A stretch of DNA of 64,000 nucleotides from Terriglobia bacterium (GTDB taxonomy: Bacteria > Acidobacteriota > Terriglobia > Acidiferrales > UBA7541). A program made the position numbers and the translations under genes. The stretch covers positions 1,152,001 through 1,216,000 of the forward strand of contig OY968796.1 in NCBI GenBank assembly GCA_963695545.1. The letters are read 5' to 3'. The notes under the pieces are model-generated. The model had not been told where the DNA came from, searched no databases, and saw nothing but the letters and a program-made list of their open reading frames with translations. Positions within the stretch are counted from its first letter, which is position 1. Each line of letters starts with the position of its first letter. Of this stretch, positions 21,272 through 31,095 are shown piece after piece.

Positions 21272-21344
21272 ACGTTTTCCGCAACGGAAGCAACTCGTAT
21301 TCCGATTCGTCCATTCCGGCGGAGTTGGGTTATTCTTTCTGACC

Positions 21345-22616
21345 ATGCATGACCTTCATTATTTCCGCGAGCACTTGAACGAATTCGAGGAGATGGCCGC
21401 GCGGCGCGGCGCGCGCATCGATTTCGACGGCTTTCGCGCACTCGATCGCGAGCGCCGCGAGCGCATTACCGCGGTCGAGCGCCTGAAATCAGCGCGCAAC
21501 AAAGCCGGCGAAGAGATCGCGCGCCGCAAACAGGCCGGGGAAGACGCAGCGCCGCTACTGGCGGAGATGAAGCAGGTCGCCGAAGAAATCAAGCGCGCCG
21601 ACGAAGAAGTCTCCGCGCTCGACGCGCGCTTGGCCGATTTCATGCTGACCGTCCCGAACTTAACGCACAGTTCGGTTCTTCCCGGGCGCGACGCCACCGC
21701 CAACGTCGAAGTGCGCCGCTGGGGCGCGCCGCCGAAGTTTTCGTTCGCTCCGCGTCCGCACTGGGAGATTGGCGAGAACGCCGGAATTCTGGATCTCGCG
21801 CGCGCGGCCAAGATCGCCGGCGCGCGTTTTGCGGTGTATCGCGGCTGGGGCGCTCGCCTGGAACGCGCGCTCGCTTCATTTTTTCTCGATACGCACGCGG
21901 CCAACGGCTACACAGAACTTCTGCCGCCGTTCCTTGTGAACACGGCGTCGCTCACCGGCGTCGGTCAATTGCCGAAATTCGCCGCCGATATGTTTCACTT
22001 GGAAGGGACCGATCTTTGGCTGACGCCGACGTCAGAAGTCGAGCTCACGAGTTACCGTCGCGATGAAACGCTGGACGCCGACGCGCTGCCGATCAAACTA
22101 TGCGCGTGGACCGCGTGCTTTCGCTCGGAAGCCGGCGCCGCGGGCCGCGATACGCGCGGCATCAAGCGCCAGCACCAGTTTCAAAAAGTGGAGATGTTCA
22201 AATTCACGCGGCCGGACCAGAGCTACGCGGAACTCGAATCGCTCGTGGCCGACGCCGAAGGATTGCTGCAAAAACTCGGCTTGCATTATCGCGTCGTGCA
22301 ACTATGCGCGGGTGACATGGGCTTTGCCGCGGCCAAGACCTACGACATCGAAGTCTGGCTGCCCTCCGCCGGCGAGTTCATGGAGATTTCTTCGTGCTCG
22401 AACTGCGAAGCGTTTCAGGCGCGCCGTTCGGGCATTCGCTTTCGGCCCAAGGGCGGCAAGAGCGAATTCGTGCACACGCTGAACGGCTCGGGTCTGGCCG
22501 TCGGACGCACCTGGATCGCGCTGGTCGAAAATTATCAACAGGAAGATGGATCAATCGCCGTGCCGGAAGTGTTGCGGCCTTATGTCGGCACGGACGTCAT
22601 TCCCGCCGCTGGCTGA
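21345..22616 (+). CDS. serS: Serine--tRNA ligase
   Basis: [41 protein letters not shown]. Confidence 0.97.
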   Translation: MHDLHYFREHLNEFEEMAARRGARIDFDGFRALDRERRERITAVERLKSARNKAGEEIARRKQAGEDAAPLLAEMKQVAEEIKRADEEVSALDARLADFMLTVPNLTHSSVLPGRDATANVEVRRWGAPPKFSFAPRPHWEIGENAGILDLARAAKIAGARFAVYRGWGARLERALASFFLDTHAANGYTELLPPFLVNTASLTGVGQLPKFAADMFHLEGTDLWLTPTSEVELTSYRRDETLDADALPIKLCAWTACFRSEAGAAGRDTRGIKRQHQFQKVEMFKFTRPDQSYAELESLVADAEGLLQKLGLHYRVVQLCAGDMGFAAAKTYDIEVWLPSAGEFMEISSCSNCEAFQARRSGIRFRPKGGKSEFVHTLNGSGLAVGRTWIALVENYQQEDGSIAVPEVLRPYVGTDVIPAAG

Positions 22617-22669
22617 CTCGGCGGTTTGCTGCAGCAGACCAATCCGCCACAAATTTCGCCCCAAAAATA

Positions 22670-22721
22670 AAATGGGCCGGAGCACTGCGCGCCTGCGGGC
22701 GCGCGGCTCAGGCCCATGTTT
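22670..22721. terminator. Hairpin between convergent genes, probable bidirectional terminator
   Basis: ATGGGCC...GCGCGCC/GGCGCGC...GGCCCAT with an A-rich flank. Confidence 0.55.
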
Positions 22722-22765
22722 CAATTCGTCGTAACGCGTTCCGAATGTTTCCGGAACGATCCGGT

Positions 22766-23122
22766 TTACATCGCGCCGGTACTGATGGGCGCGATTTTGT
22801 CCACGTGCAAAGCCCCGCTCGCCGTCATCGTGCCGGTCACGGTTACTTCGGTGCCCAGATCCGCGTCCTGGTCGACGATGCTTTGATTGTCGATGGCTAT
22901 AACCTTCTTGGTCTTGTCGTCCACGAAAACCCAGGACTGGCCCTTGTTCTTCACGCAATCGATGGCGCACGCCTTGTGGCCGGCGTTTGCGCCCTTCGCG
23001 CCGCAGCTGCTATCGCTGATCCAGCCCGTCCACGTCATGGCGCTGTCCGCGGCCTTTACTGCGATGGCCGCGATCGCAAGCACCACAGTCATGAGAACCA
23101 GCACGCTCATCACTTTTCTCAT
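22766..23122 (-). CDS. Small secreted hypothetical protein with Cys motif
   Basis: Signal peptide MRKVMSVLVL...VKA; GWISDSSCG, CAIDCVK; SD GGAGG upstream. Confidence 0.75.
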   Translation of the reverse strand: MRKVMSVLVLMTVVLAIAAIAVKAADSAMTWTGWISDSSCGAKGANAGHKACAIDCVKNKGQSWVFVDDKTKKVIAIDNQSIVDQDADLGTEVTVTGTMTASGALHVDKIAPISTGAM

Positions 23123-23465
23123 TTTGAATATCCTCCGATTCGTTGGGACGGATCGAATCTCGTCCAGCAAAATTTGTGTCGCGAAAACGCACCCTCAGAT
23201 GAACCGTCAGGCTGGAACCGAAAAAAGGACCGCGCGATTCACCCTCGAAATGAGCTACGAAGGACGCCATGAGCTGGATGAAGCGGCCGCCTTCGGGCAA
23301 AATCATGCGCTGATATGGTTGAAAAAGCAATGACGACCAAGCATTTGGCTGATAGTCTGTTAACATGCTTGTTTGCTGTGAGTTGCGTCATTTCAGGGAC
23401 CTCCAGTAGCCTCCCTTTACGACGTTTTACGGGCCATCAGCCCCCCAGCAATACGCGACGCGTTG

Positions 23466-23494
23466 TTGACACTCTTAGGGGCGCTGACTAAACT
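23466..23494 (+). promoter_or_regulatory. sigma70-type promoter followed by a TTGCGTAAC direct repeat
   Basis: TTGACA-17 nt-TAAACT; TTGCGTAAC twice at 23502-23519. Confidence 0.65.
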
Positions 23495-23605
23495 GCGCCC
23501 ATTGCGTAACTTGCGTAACAACGAAGACCGTAACGAGCGGACCTGCTGCGCCGGGGCGCGCGGTAGAATTACTGATCAAGCGCCGCCTGAAAGCGTCGGT
23601 TCCAA

Positions 23606-23962
23606 TTGAAAATGCTGGGGCGTATGGTGCGGTTCGTCGCGTGGCTTGTGGCGTTCGGGTGGATTGCGTGGTTACTCAAGAGGCATTTCCAGGCGCGCGC
23701 GAATCAGGCAACTAGCGCGGCGCGCGGCGCTTCACGCGTCCGTGTGGCAGCGCCGCGGCGTGTGGTTCGTCTTGAACGCGACCCCTGGTGCGGCACGTTC
23801 GTTTCGCCGGAGAATTCTTTTCCGGCAGAGCAAATCACCAGCGGCTTCGAAGTGCATCCCGCGCCGACGGGACCTCGAGAAGAGGAGAGCCGGGTAATTC
23901 ATTTCTGCTCGGCTGAATGCCGCGCACGTTATCTGCACACGGAACGGCGCGCGGCCAGTTAG
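23606..23962 (+). CDS. YHS/TRASH-like metal-binding protein with N-terminal TM anchor
   Basis: RDPWCG...HFCSAECR. Confidence 0.7.
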   Translation: MKMLGRMVRFVAWLVAFGWIAWLLKRHFQARANQATSAARGASRVRVAAPRRVVRLERDPWCGTFVSPENSFPAEQITSGFEVHPAPTGPREEESRVIHFCSAECRARYLHTERRAAS

Positions 23963-24012
23963 TTCATTGCAATGCGCTCCACGCGGTGCGGGAGCGAAGG
24001 AGAAAAACACTG

Positions 24013-25314
24013 ATGGGCACTTTGGCCAAAGCCGCGCCCCAACCGGTGCTGCCGCGAATGGCGCCGCGGGAGGATTTGAACACCTTCCGCATTTCGCAGA
24101 TCCAGTTCGATATGGCCGCGGAATATTTGAAGCTCGATCCGGGCCTGCGGCAAATTCTGCGCACACCCAAGCGCGTGCTTGAGGTCTCCATCCCGGTCAA
24201 GATGGACAACGCGCAGATCAAAGTGTTCACGGGCTATCGCGTGCAGCACAACATCGCGCGCGGCCCCGGCAAGGGCGGCATCCGATTTCATCCCAACGTT
24301 ACGCTCGACGAAGTGAAAGCCCTGGCCGCGTGGATGACCTGGAAGTCCGCGACGGTGAACATTCCCTACGGCGGAAGCAAGGGCGGCGTGATTTGCGATC
24401 CGAAGCGGATGTCGCGCGCGGAACTCGAGCGCATGACGCGGCGCTATACATCCGAAATTCTGCCGCTGATCGGCCCCGAGCAGGACATCCCCGCTCCGGA
24501 CGTTTACACCGACGCGCAGACCATGGCCTGGATCATGGACACGTATTCGATGACCGTCGGATATTCCGCGCTGGGCGTGGTGACCGGCAAACCCATTTCG
24601 CTCGGCGGATCGCTGGGTCGCAGCGAAGCGACCGCGCGCGGCTGCCTGATGGTTGTCGAAGAAGCCTGCAAGGTTAAGAAAATTCCTCTGCGCGGCGCGA
24701 CCGTGGCGATTCAGGGATTCGGCAATGCGGGTTCGGTTGCCGCGCGATTGTTCGCGGAGAAAAAAGCCAAAGTGGTGGCGGTGAGCGATTCGCGCGGCGG
24801 CGTGTACAACTCGCGGGGAATCGATCCGCTCAAGGCCCTGCGCTATAAGGAACGCTCCGGCACCGTCGTGGGCATGCCCGGGGCTTCGCGCATCAGCAAC
24901 GACGATCTGCTCACGCTCAAGTGCGACATCCTGGTTCCCGCGGCGCTTGAAAATGTGATCACGCTGCACAACGCCGACTTGATCAAGGCGCGCATCGTGG
25001 CCGAGGCTGCGAATGGTCCGACCACGCCGCACGCCGACGAAGTGCTCGCGCGCAAAGGCATCATGGTCCTGCCGGACATTCTGGCGAACGCCGGCGGCGT
25101 CACCATGAGTTATTTCGAGTGGGCGCAGGATTTGCAGGGATTCTTCTGGCAGGAAAACGAAGTCAATCAGAAACTCGAAGGCGTGATGAAGCGCGCCTTC
25201 GCCAGCGTGCAAGAGACCATGCGCAAATTTCACGTGCATTCGCGCGCGGGCGCATACATTCTCGCCGTGGGCCGCGTGGCCGAAGCCACATTGATTCGCG
25301 GATTGTTCCCTTAA
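24013..25314 (+). CDS. gdhA: Glu/Leu/Phe/Val dehydrogenase (glutamate dehydrogenase)
   Basis: GPGKGGIRFHP, GGSKGG, DIPAPD, QGFGNAG, EAANGP. Confidence 0.93.
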   Translation: MGTLAKAAPQPVLPRMAPREDLNTFRISQIQFDMAAEYLKLDPGLRQILRTPKRVLEVSIPVKMDNAQIKVFTGYRVQHNIARGPGKGGIRFHPNVTLDEVKALAAWMTWKSATVNIPYGGSKGGVICDPKRMSRAELERMTRRYTSEILPLIGPEQDIPAPDVYTDAQTMAWIMDTYSMTVGYSALGVVTGKPISLGGSLGRSEATARGCLMVVEEACKVKKIPLRGATVAIQGFGNAGSVAARLFAEKKAKVVAVSDSRGGVYNSRGIDPLKALRYKERSGTVVGMPGASRISNDDLLTLKCDILVPAALENVITLHNADLIKARIVAEAANGPTTPHADEVLARKGIMVLPDILANAGGVTMSYFEWAQDLQGFFWQENEVNQKLEGVMKRAFASVQETMRKFHVHSRAGAYILAVGRVAEATLIRGLFP

Positions 25315-25471
25315 GACACGCCGCGCGACTTCGCGCGCGCTCACTTCAAAGAATCTCCTTGCGCTCACCGGATTGCTGCGCGTACATTGCATCTTGCCGG
25401 CTCGCTCCGCAGCTCGGGCGACGCCGGCTCCGCTTTCTGCGGACGATTTTTTTCGCGGAGGATTTGCGCAG

Positions 25472-26353
25472 TTGTCCAATCACGTTCACTCGGCTCCGCC
25501 GATCGTGCTGACCATCGCCGGCTTTGATCCCTCATGCGGCGCGGGCGTCGCGGCGGATCTGAAGACTTTCGCGGCGCACAATTGCTACGGCGTCGCCGTG
25601 GTCGCGGCGCTCACCGTGCAGTCCACGCAGGGCGTGAAATCCACGCACATTACTCCGGCGGCCACTTTGCGCGCGCAGCTTGACGCGCTCGCCGACGACG
25701 TGCAACTCGCCGGCATCAAGATCGGCATGCTGGGCAATCGCGCGAACGCCATGGTGGTTGCCGAATTTCTCGATCGCGTGAATTGCGCGAACGTGGTGCT
25801 CGATCCTGTAGTGAAGCCTTCGCTCGGCGGCGCGGATTTGCTCGATGCGGCAGGCGTCAGATATGTCGCGGAGGAATTGCTGCGGCGCGCGACGGTCGTG
25901 ACGCCGAACATCGCCGAAGCCGAGCTGCTGGCCGGAATTGAAATTAAAGACGTCGCCGCAATGGAAGCTGCGGCGCGAAAAATCGTGGAGCGCGGCGCGC
26001 GCGCGGTAATCGTCAAGGGCGGCCACATGGATAAGCCCGTCGACGTGCTCTTCGACGGCACGGACGTCGTGGCGCTCGGCGGTGAACACGTGCGCACGCA
26101 GAATACACACGGATCCGGCTGCACGTATGCGGCGGCGGTTGCCGCCATGCTCGCTTGCGGCCGCTCGCTATCCGAGTCCGCGACGCTCGCCAAGGCTTAC
26201 GTCACCAAGGCGATGGAAAATGGATTCGCCATCGGCAAAGGCCCCGGCTCGCTCGATCATTTTTACCGTGTTCACCACGAGCCGCCCCCGCGCGGCGTCC
26301 ACGAAGTGCCGCAGCACGGAATGCATCCGGCCGCCGAGCCCGCCACTCGATAA
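25472..26353 (+). CDS. thiD: Hydroxymethylpyrimidine/phosphomethylpyrimidine kinase
   Basis: LTIAGFDPSCGAGVAADLKTF, KIGML, TPNIAE, KGGH, THGSGCT; TTG start after GGAGG. Confidence 0.92.
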   Translation: MSNHVHSAPPIVLTIAGFDPSCGAGVAADLKTFAAHNCYGVAVVAALTVQSTQGVKSTHITPAATLRAQLDALADDVQLAGIKIGMLGNRANAMVVAEFLDRVNCANVVLDPVVKPSLGGADLLDAAGVRYVAEELLRRATVVTPNIAEAELLAGIEIKDVAAMEAAARKIVERGARAVIVKGGHMDKPVDVLFDGTDVVALGGEHVRTQNTHGSGCTYAAAVAAMLACGRSLSESATLAKAYVTKAMENGFAIGKGPGSLDHFYRVHHEPPPRGVHEVPQHGMHPAAEPATR

Positions 26354-26460
26354 CCCGGCACACTCTTTTTCCAATGAGCGCGGCGTTCCGCTCGGCAAAG
26401 CCTCAAGCATCCTCTCCCGAATTTTCGATGATTAGAATCTTGGAGTAGAGGGAGACTTAT

Positions 26461-26949
26461 TTGAACGTGACCGCTGCGTGGACCAATTTTCTTGTCGCCG
26501 AAGCCGGCGCCTCCGCCGCGCTTGCCGGCCTGATTTTTGTGGCCGTCTCGATCAACGTAAAAAAGATCATCGAGTACCAGGGTGTTGCCGGCCGTGCCGC
26601 GGAAGCCCTCGCTTTACTGATCGGCGTCCTGCTCATATCCACGTTCGGATTGGCGCCAAATCAATCGGAAAAATTGCTGGGGTCCGAGATCTTGGCAGTC
26701 GGAGGCCTGTCATGGGTGATGACGGTGATTCTTCAAACGGGTCAACTCGGTGCCAGACGCCGTGCCTGGTGGTGGCTCGCCACTCGCGCGCTCTTATGCC
26801 AGTGCGCTACAGTTCCCTTTTGCATCGCCGGGATTCTACTAATTCGCGGCAATCCCGACGGTATGTATTGGCTGATCCCCGGCTGCGTCTTTACATTCCT
26901 AGCATCCACGATCAGCGCCTGGGTCCTTCTGATCGAAATCCTCCGCTAG
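26461..26949 (+). CDS. Hypothetical integral membrane protein
   Basis: AGASAALAGLIFVAVSIN...AWVLLIEILR, about 5 TM segments. Confidence 0.7.
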   Translation: MNVTAAWTNFLVAEAGASAALAGLIFVAVSINVKKIIEYQGVAGRAAEALALLIGVLLISTFGLAPNQSEKLLGSEILAVGGLSWVMTVILQTGQLGARRRAWWWLATRALLCQCATVPFCIAGILLIRGNPDGMYWLIPGCVFTFLASTISAWVLLIEILR

Positions 26950-27120
26950 CTCCGGACCATTTCATCGCCTCGAGCCAACCGGATACCGATCGACGACGCC
27001 ACGCATCGTTGGGACTTACATACTTAACTTCTAATCCCCAAACCCCTTAAAAACAAAAGACTTAGCGGTGTGTTAAGCGGAGGATTTATGCGTTGGAAGA
27101 AAATCATTCAAATCGGATTA

Positions 27121-28038
27121 CTAAGTGTGTTTGTTGTACTCTTGTGGGCCACCTACTTGAACAAACTGCCCGTTGTTTTTGTCCATCCAAAAGCACATCC
27201 GGCTTTCGTGTTGAAGAACGAGGTTCGGGTCGGAATTACTCAAGGGGTTTCTATAAATAACGCGGAAAAAGACAGCCAGTATTTTCTTTTCGGGGTCGGG
27301 CGCGGGCGTACCTCTGAGATTAAAATTTCCGACACTAATGTTCGCCCCGTCTTTATAGTGGTCGGGTGTCAGAAGCGCGAGTGGGGGAAATTGGTCTTTG
27401 CCGTAAACAGGCGGGACGGGGAGATTCTCGATACGGTCAACAAACAGGGTGTTACTGGCGTAAGAGATAATTTCCGCCGGGGTGTTTCCGAGATTTGCCG
27501 CCTTGAAGGTGTGAATCCCGCTTCCAGTTTCAACGAAGAAACTGACCCAAGGACGCGCCGCCGATATAGCGGCCTGAGCGTTGAGCAACGCGGCGTTGGC
27601 GGCATTGCGAGTTTGAATTGCTGTGTTTTCGAGGTGGGCGGTTTGTTGTTTGATGGTCTCTCCTTGCCCATGAATTTCTTTCATAGTTCGCCACAAATAG
27701 TAGGCTTGTACTCCCCCAACAATGACCAGAAAAATGTCAAAAACATACAAGAACCAATCGGGGCCAGCGTTTCCGTTTATGTTTACAGAGATTACGGGGA
27801 TGTTGAGGGAGTCCTTTCCATTCTTGGCATTTTGTGCCTCTCCATGTACGTCTGTGCTTTGAGTCTGTGGTGCATTCTCGACAAGCGGTACTTTTGGCGC
27901 GGCGGTCTGTTGATTATCGTTTGCCTGACTCTGGATTTTTGGGGGTGTACTTCCGCGCTCTACCACGTCTTTCCGTGGCACTTGTGGCGCTGTTTGAGCG
28001 GCAATTAACAATGTGGTCGTGAAGAAAAGTCTAAGCAC
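27121..28038 (-). CDS. Passenger membrane-anchored hypothetical protein
   Basis: Signal-like N-terminus, low-complexity linker, TM segment, helical AANAALLNAQAA-RPW, NLGNTPA; GTG start chosen. Confidence 0.65.
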   Translation of the reverse strand: MLRLFFTTTLLIAAQTAPQVPRKDVVERGSTPPKIQSQANDNQQTAAPKVPLVENAPQTQSTDVHGEAQNAKNGKDSLNIPVISVNINGNAGPDWFLYVFDIFLVIVGGVQAYYLWRTMKEIHGQGETIKQQTAHLENTAIQTRNAANAALLNAQAAISAARPWVSFFVETGSGIHTFKAANLGNTPAEIISYASNTLFVDRIENLPVPPVYGKDQFPPLALLTPDHYKDGANISVGNFNLRGTPAPDPEKKILAVFFRVIYRNPLSNSDPNLVLQHESRMCFWMDKNNGQFVQVGGPQEYNKHT

Positions 28039-28111
28039 TTTTGACCTTCTTTCGTTTCTCTTTCTTCGGCCTATAAGCCAACACACGATCAACTACTTGC
28101 ACTAGCGTCAT
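28031..28111 (-). CDS. Small basic 26-aa ORF downstream of the transposase (MTLVQVVDRVLAYRPKKEKRKKVKSA)
   Basis: Translated by hand; its stop overlaps the passenger gene start. Confidence 0.4.
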   Translation of the reverse strand: MTLVQVVDRVLAYRPKKEKRKKVKSA

Positions 28112-28155
28112 ACCCGCCAGCGAGAGCCTTTGCTGGTACTTCTTTTTCGCGCGTT

Positions 28156-29079
28156 TTAGTTTGCGTTTGATATGAGCCTCGCGTGAGTCAGTCTCTTTCC
28201 GGCCACCGCATCAACAAAGCTGTCGAGACGGTCTAGCGAATGGCGCTTTACGTTGCCTTCATTCAAGCGCCAAGTGAATTCGTTGACGTATCGGGCGATA
28301 TGTTTCTTGCTGGCATGATGATAAACGCCGTGCAAACCACGGCGCATAACAGCAAATACCGACTCTACGGAGTTGGTTGTGACACCATCTTTCGAGTAAA
28401 TCTCTTTGCTGTGATTCACGCTCTTGTGGACGTAATCTCCGCGAAGATGCTTATACGCTGCGAGTTCGTCTGTGTGAAGTGTAGAGCCCGATTCAACGTT
28501 TTGGCGGACAATAGTGTTTATTCCGCGTGCGCCTACGCTTCCAGCAACAACGCCGCGAGCACGTCCGCCTTTTTCTCGCATCCCGATAATGGCTGTTTTC
28601 TCCGGTACGCCGAGATCGCCGTAGAGACGTTGTTTCATGTGTTTGTTTTGCTCTTTGCCGCCGAGATAGACCTCGTCAACTTCGACTGTGCCCTTGAGCA
28701 ACGTCGCATCATCGGCGCACGCTTCGCGGAGACGTTGGAGAACGAACCACGCGCTCTTTTGAGTTATGCCAACCTCTTTAGCCAACTGCATCGAACTGAT
28801 TCCCTTACGGGCCGTAATGAGCAAGTACATGGCGTAGACCCATTTGTGAAGTGGCACATGGGAACGTTCAAATATCGTGGCTGTTCGGATGGTAAAAACT
28901 AGCTCACAGGCGTTGCAATAGTAATAGCCGTCTTTCTTCGCGTGTACCCGCTCCGTTTTGGAGCAAGTCGGGCAGGTCGCGCCGTTCTTCCAAAGGCGGG
29001 ATTCGAGATACTTCCGCGCGGCCTCAGAGTCTGGATAGAGTTCAAAGAGTTTGAAGGTGCTGATAGTTGTTCGGCTCAT
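28156..29079 (-). CDS. IS1595-family DDE transposase
   Basis: Zn ribbon CPTC...CNAC, GISSMQLA, VEVDEVY, LHTDE, VNHS, TNSVES, YVNEF. Confidence 0.95.
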   Translation of the reverse strand: MSRTTISTFKLFELYPDSEAARKYLESRLWKNGATCPTCSKTERVHAKKDGYYYCNACELVFTIRTATIFERSHVPLHKWVYAMYLLITARKGISSMQLAKEVGITQKSAWFVLQRLREACADDATLLKGTVEVDEVYLGGKEQNKHMKQRLYGDLGVPEKTAIIGMREKGGRARGVVAGSVGARGINTIVRQNVESGSTLHTDELAAYKHLRGDYVHKSVNHSKEIYSKDGVTTNSVESVFAVMRRGLHGVYHHASKKHIARYVNEFTWRLNEGNVKRHSLDRLDSFVDAVAGKRLTHARLISNAN

Positions 29080-29138
29080 GGACTAATTATGCCTAAGAAG
29101 TGTTTGGAAGTCAAGTATATAAGTCCCGCATCGTTCGG

Positions 29139-29168
29139 TTGACGCCGTGTGAAGTGCGCCCGTATAAT
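29139..29168 (+). promoter_or_regulatory. rplU-rpmA promoter
   Basis: TTGACG-18 nt-TATAAT. Confidence 0.7.
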
Positions 29169-29198
29169 GTTCTTTCCCACTAGTGTGCAGGAGGGTAG

Positions 29199-29513
29199 AT
29201 GTACGCCGTAATTCGCAGTGGCAGCAAGCAGTACCGCGTCGCGCCGGGCGAAACCGTGCGCGTCGAAACCCTGCCGGGCAAGATCGGCGGCAAGGTCACA
29301 TTCGACGACGTCCTCGCGGTTCGCACCGACGAGCCGAAGCTTATGACCGGCGACGCCCTCGGCAAAGTCACCGTCACCGGCAAGATCGTCGAGCAGGGCC
29401 GCGCGAAAAAAGTGATCGTGCTGAAATTCCGCAGGACCAAGCAATACAAGATTCGCACCGGGCACAGGCAGAACTACACGGCCGTCGAAGTCGGCGAAAT
29501 CAAGCTGCCTTAA
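29199..29513 (+). CDS. rplU: 50S ribosomal protein L21
   Basis: MYAVIRSGSKQYRV, GHRQNYT. Confidence 0.97.
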   Translation: MYAVIRSGSKQYRVAPGETVRVETLPGKIGGKVTFDDVLAVRTDEPKLMTGDALGKVTVTGKIVEQGRAKKVIVLKFRRTKQYKIRTGHRQNYTAVEVGEIKLP

Positions 29514-29540
29514 GCTTCCCGTTCAAAAAGAGGATTCCTG

Positions 29541-29822
29541 ATGGCACACAAAAAAGGCGGCGGTTCTTCGGTCAATGGACGCGATTCTCAGGGCCAGCGC
29601 CTCGGCGTAAAGCGCTTCGGCGGCGAAGTGGTCCACGCGGGCACGATCCTGATTCGCCAGCGCGGCACGCGCCACAAGCCCGGCCGCAACGTCCGCCGCG
29701 GCAAGGACGACACGCTGTTCGCCACCATCAACGGAGTCGTTCTGTTCGAGGATAAGGGACGCGACGGCCGCTACATCAGCGTGCTGCCGCAGGTGCAAGC
29801 CGAGTCCGCAGCGCAAGCCTGA
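29541..29822 (+). CDS. rpmA: 50S ribosomal protein L27
   Basis: [29 protein letters not shown]. Confidence 0.98.
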   Translation: MAHKKGGGSSVNGRDSQGQRLGVKRFGGEVVHAGTILIRQRGTRHKPGRNVRRGKDDTLFATINGVVLFEDKGRDGRYISVLPQVQAESAAQA

Positions 29823-29885
29823 ACCAAGCTGCAACTTTATTTTTATTTTCTTCCGCGTTCGGCAAACATCCGCGAAATATTTTTC

Positions 29886-30890
29886 TTAGTGTGCGCCTTT
29901 ATCGGGGGCGGGCTTCGCTTCAAGTATAAACGCCTGGCCGCGCGCGGCGTTCAGCGTCACGGTTTTTCCGAGATCGATTCGGTCGAGAGGAATCGCGTTC
30001 GCGCCGCCGTAGTTCGTGACGTAGTGCAGCTCGCCGCCTTCCACCCAGTACGCCGTCAGGCCGTACATCGAGCCATCTTTAAGTTGCAGCAGCGTGAGCT
30101 GCGGCGTCGCGTCGGCCGTTGCTGTCGGGTCGTCAGGCGAAGCGGCGACAACTTCATCGTCCGAAGAATAATCCGGCTCCGCAGACTCATCATCGTAGTC
30201 GGGCCCATAGGTGAGGCCGGCGTAGCCTTGTTGTCCGAAGCATCCGAGCGCGCCGTTATCCAGGTTGTTGTACAGGAAAGATTGATCGTAAGCCGCCCAT
30301 CCGAAGGGATCGCAGAACGGCGTTCCGAACGCGCCAAAGAAAAGAAATCCCGAATGCCGAAATCGGAAATAATCGCGACCAGCATGATCGAACGACGTGT
30401 GACCCATCCATTCCCGATTACCGCGTTCGGATCGCTCGCTGGCCGCGCCGATCTGAAACGACGCGCGCGAATTCGCCGTGGCCGGCCTCAAAGGCAGCAT
30501 GCTGGCCGTAAACCGAGGGCTCTCTTCAAACCCGAAATCGCTGAAGCGAATTCCGCCGTGACTGGTGAATACGGCAGCGCTTCCGCCGCCGGCGCCTGTT
30601 ACGTGCATTCCTGTTCCTGGGTAGGTGTAAGACTCAGAAGAGCCGCGCGCGCCGCTGTAAGCCACACTGCGACCGCCCGAATAGCTCGAACCACCAGAGA
30701 CGTGGACCGAAGAAGAGCCGCCGCCATACGAGCGGCTTTCGCCGCCACTGCTTGGGTGCGATCCGCCGCCGGCACTGAAGTGGCCGCCACCACCGCCACC
30801 GTGGCTCGCGCCGCCGCCACGTTGCGCGACAGCCGGTACCGCAGCCAGCGCGAAAACACAAAGACCCGCCAATTGACGAAAGAGCTTCAT
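29886..30890 (-). CDS. Secreted Gly/Ser-rich hypothetical protein with C-terminal beta domain
   Basis: Signal peptide MKLFRQ...AVA, QRGGG low-complexity region, LLQLKDGS...YWVEGGELHY...IDLGKT. Confidence 0.7.
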   Translation of the reverse strand: MKLFRQLAGLCVFALAAVPAVAQRGGGASHGGGGGGHFSAGGGSHPSSGGESRSYGGGSSSVHVSGGSSYSGGRSVAYSGARGSSESYTYPGTGMHVTGAGGGSAAVFTSHGGIRFSDFGFEESPRFTASMLPLRPATANSRASFQIGAASERSERGNREWMGHTSFDHAGRDYFRFRHSGFLFFGAFGTPFCDPFGWAAYDQSFLYNNLDNGALGCFGQQGYAGLTYGPDYDDESAEPDYSSDDEVVAASPDDPTATADATPQLTLLQLKDGSMYGLTAYWVEGGELHYVTNYGGANAIPLDRIDLGKTVTLNAARGQAFILEAKPAPDKGAH

Positions 30891-31095
30891 AGCAGGCGGG
30901 GACGCCGAGGGCATTATACTCTTCCCGGGCCAAATCAAGCACGCAAGTTCGATTTCGCGTGACGAGCACCGAAGCTGACGCGCGCGGGCAGGCGAGTCGT
31001 AACCAGGTGTGCGGTAGCGTAATCTAATTGCTCGAGGATTCAACCGAATCTGCCGGCAGAGCGGATTGCATCTCCGCGCGGAGCGCGCAACCCAG

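Larger units (their letters stand above)
27011..29127 (-). mobile_element. IS1595-family element carrying passenger genes
   Basis: 21-bp TIRs GGGACTTAcATACTTaACTTC (27011-27031) and GAAGTCAAGTATATAAGTCCC (29107-29127); 8-bp TSD GCATCGTT (27003-27010, 29128-29135); lower GC. Confidence 0.95.

Noticed and set aside
27070..28008. 312-aa ORF antisense to the IS1595 passenger gene
   Set aside because: The minus-strand ORF has a coherent signal/TM/domain layout and is co-oriented with the transposase. The plus ORF has no recognisable features and is likely a shadow frame.
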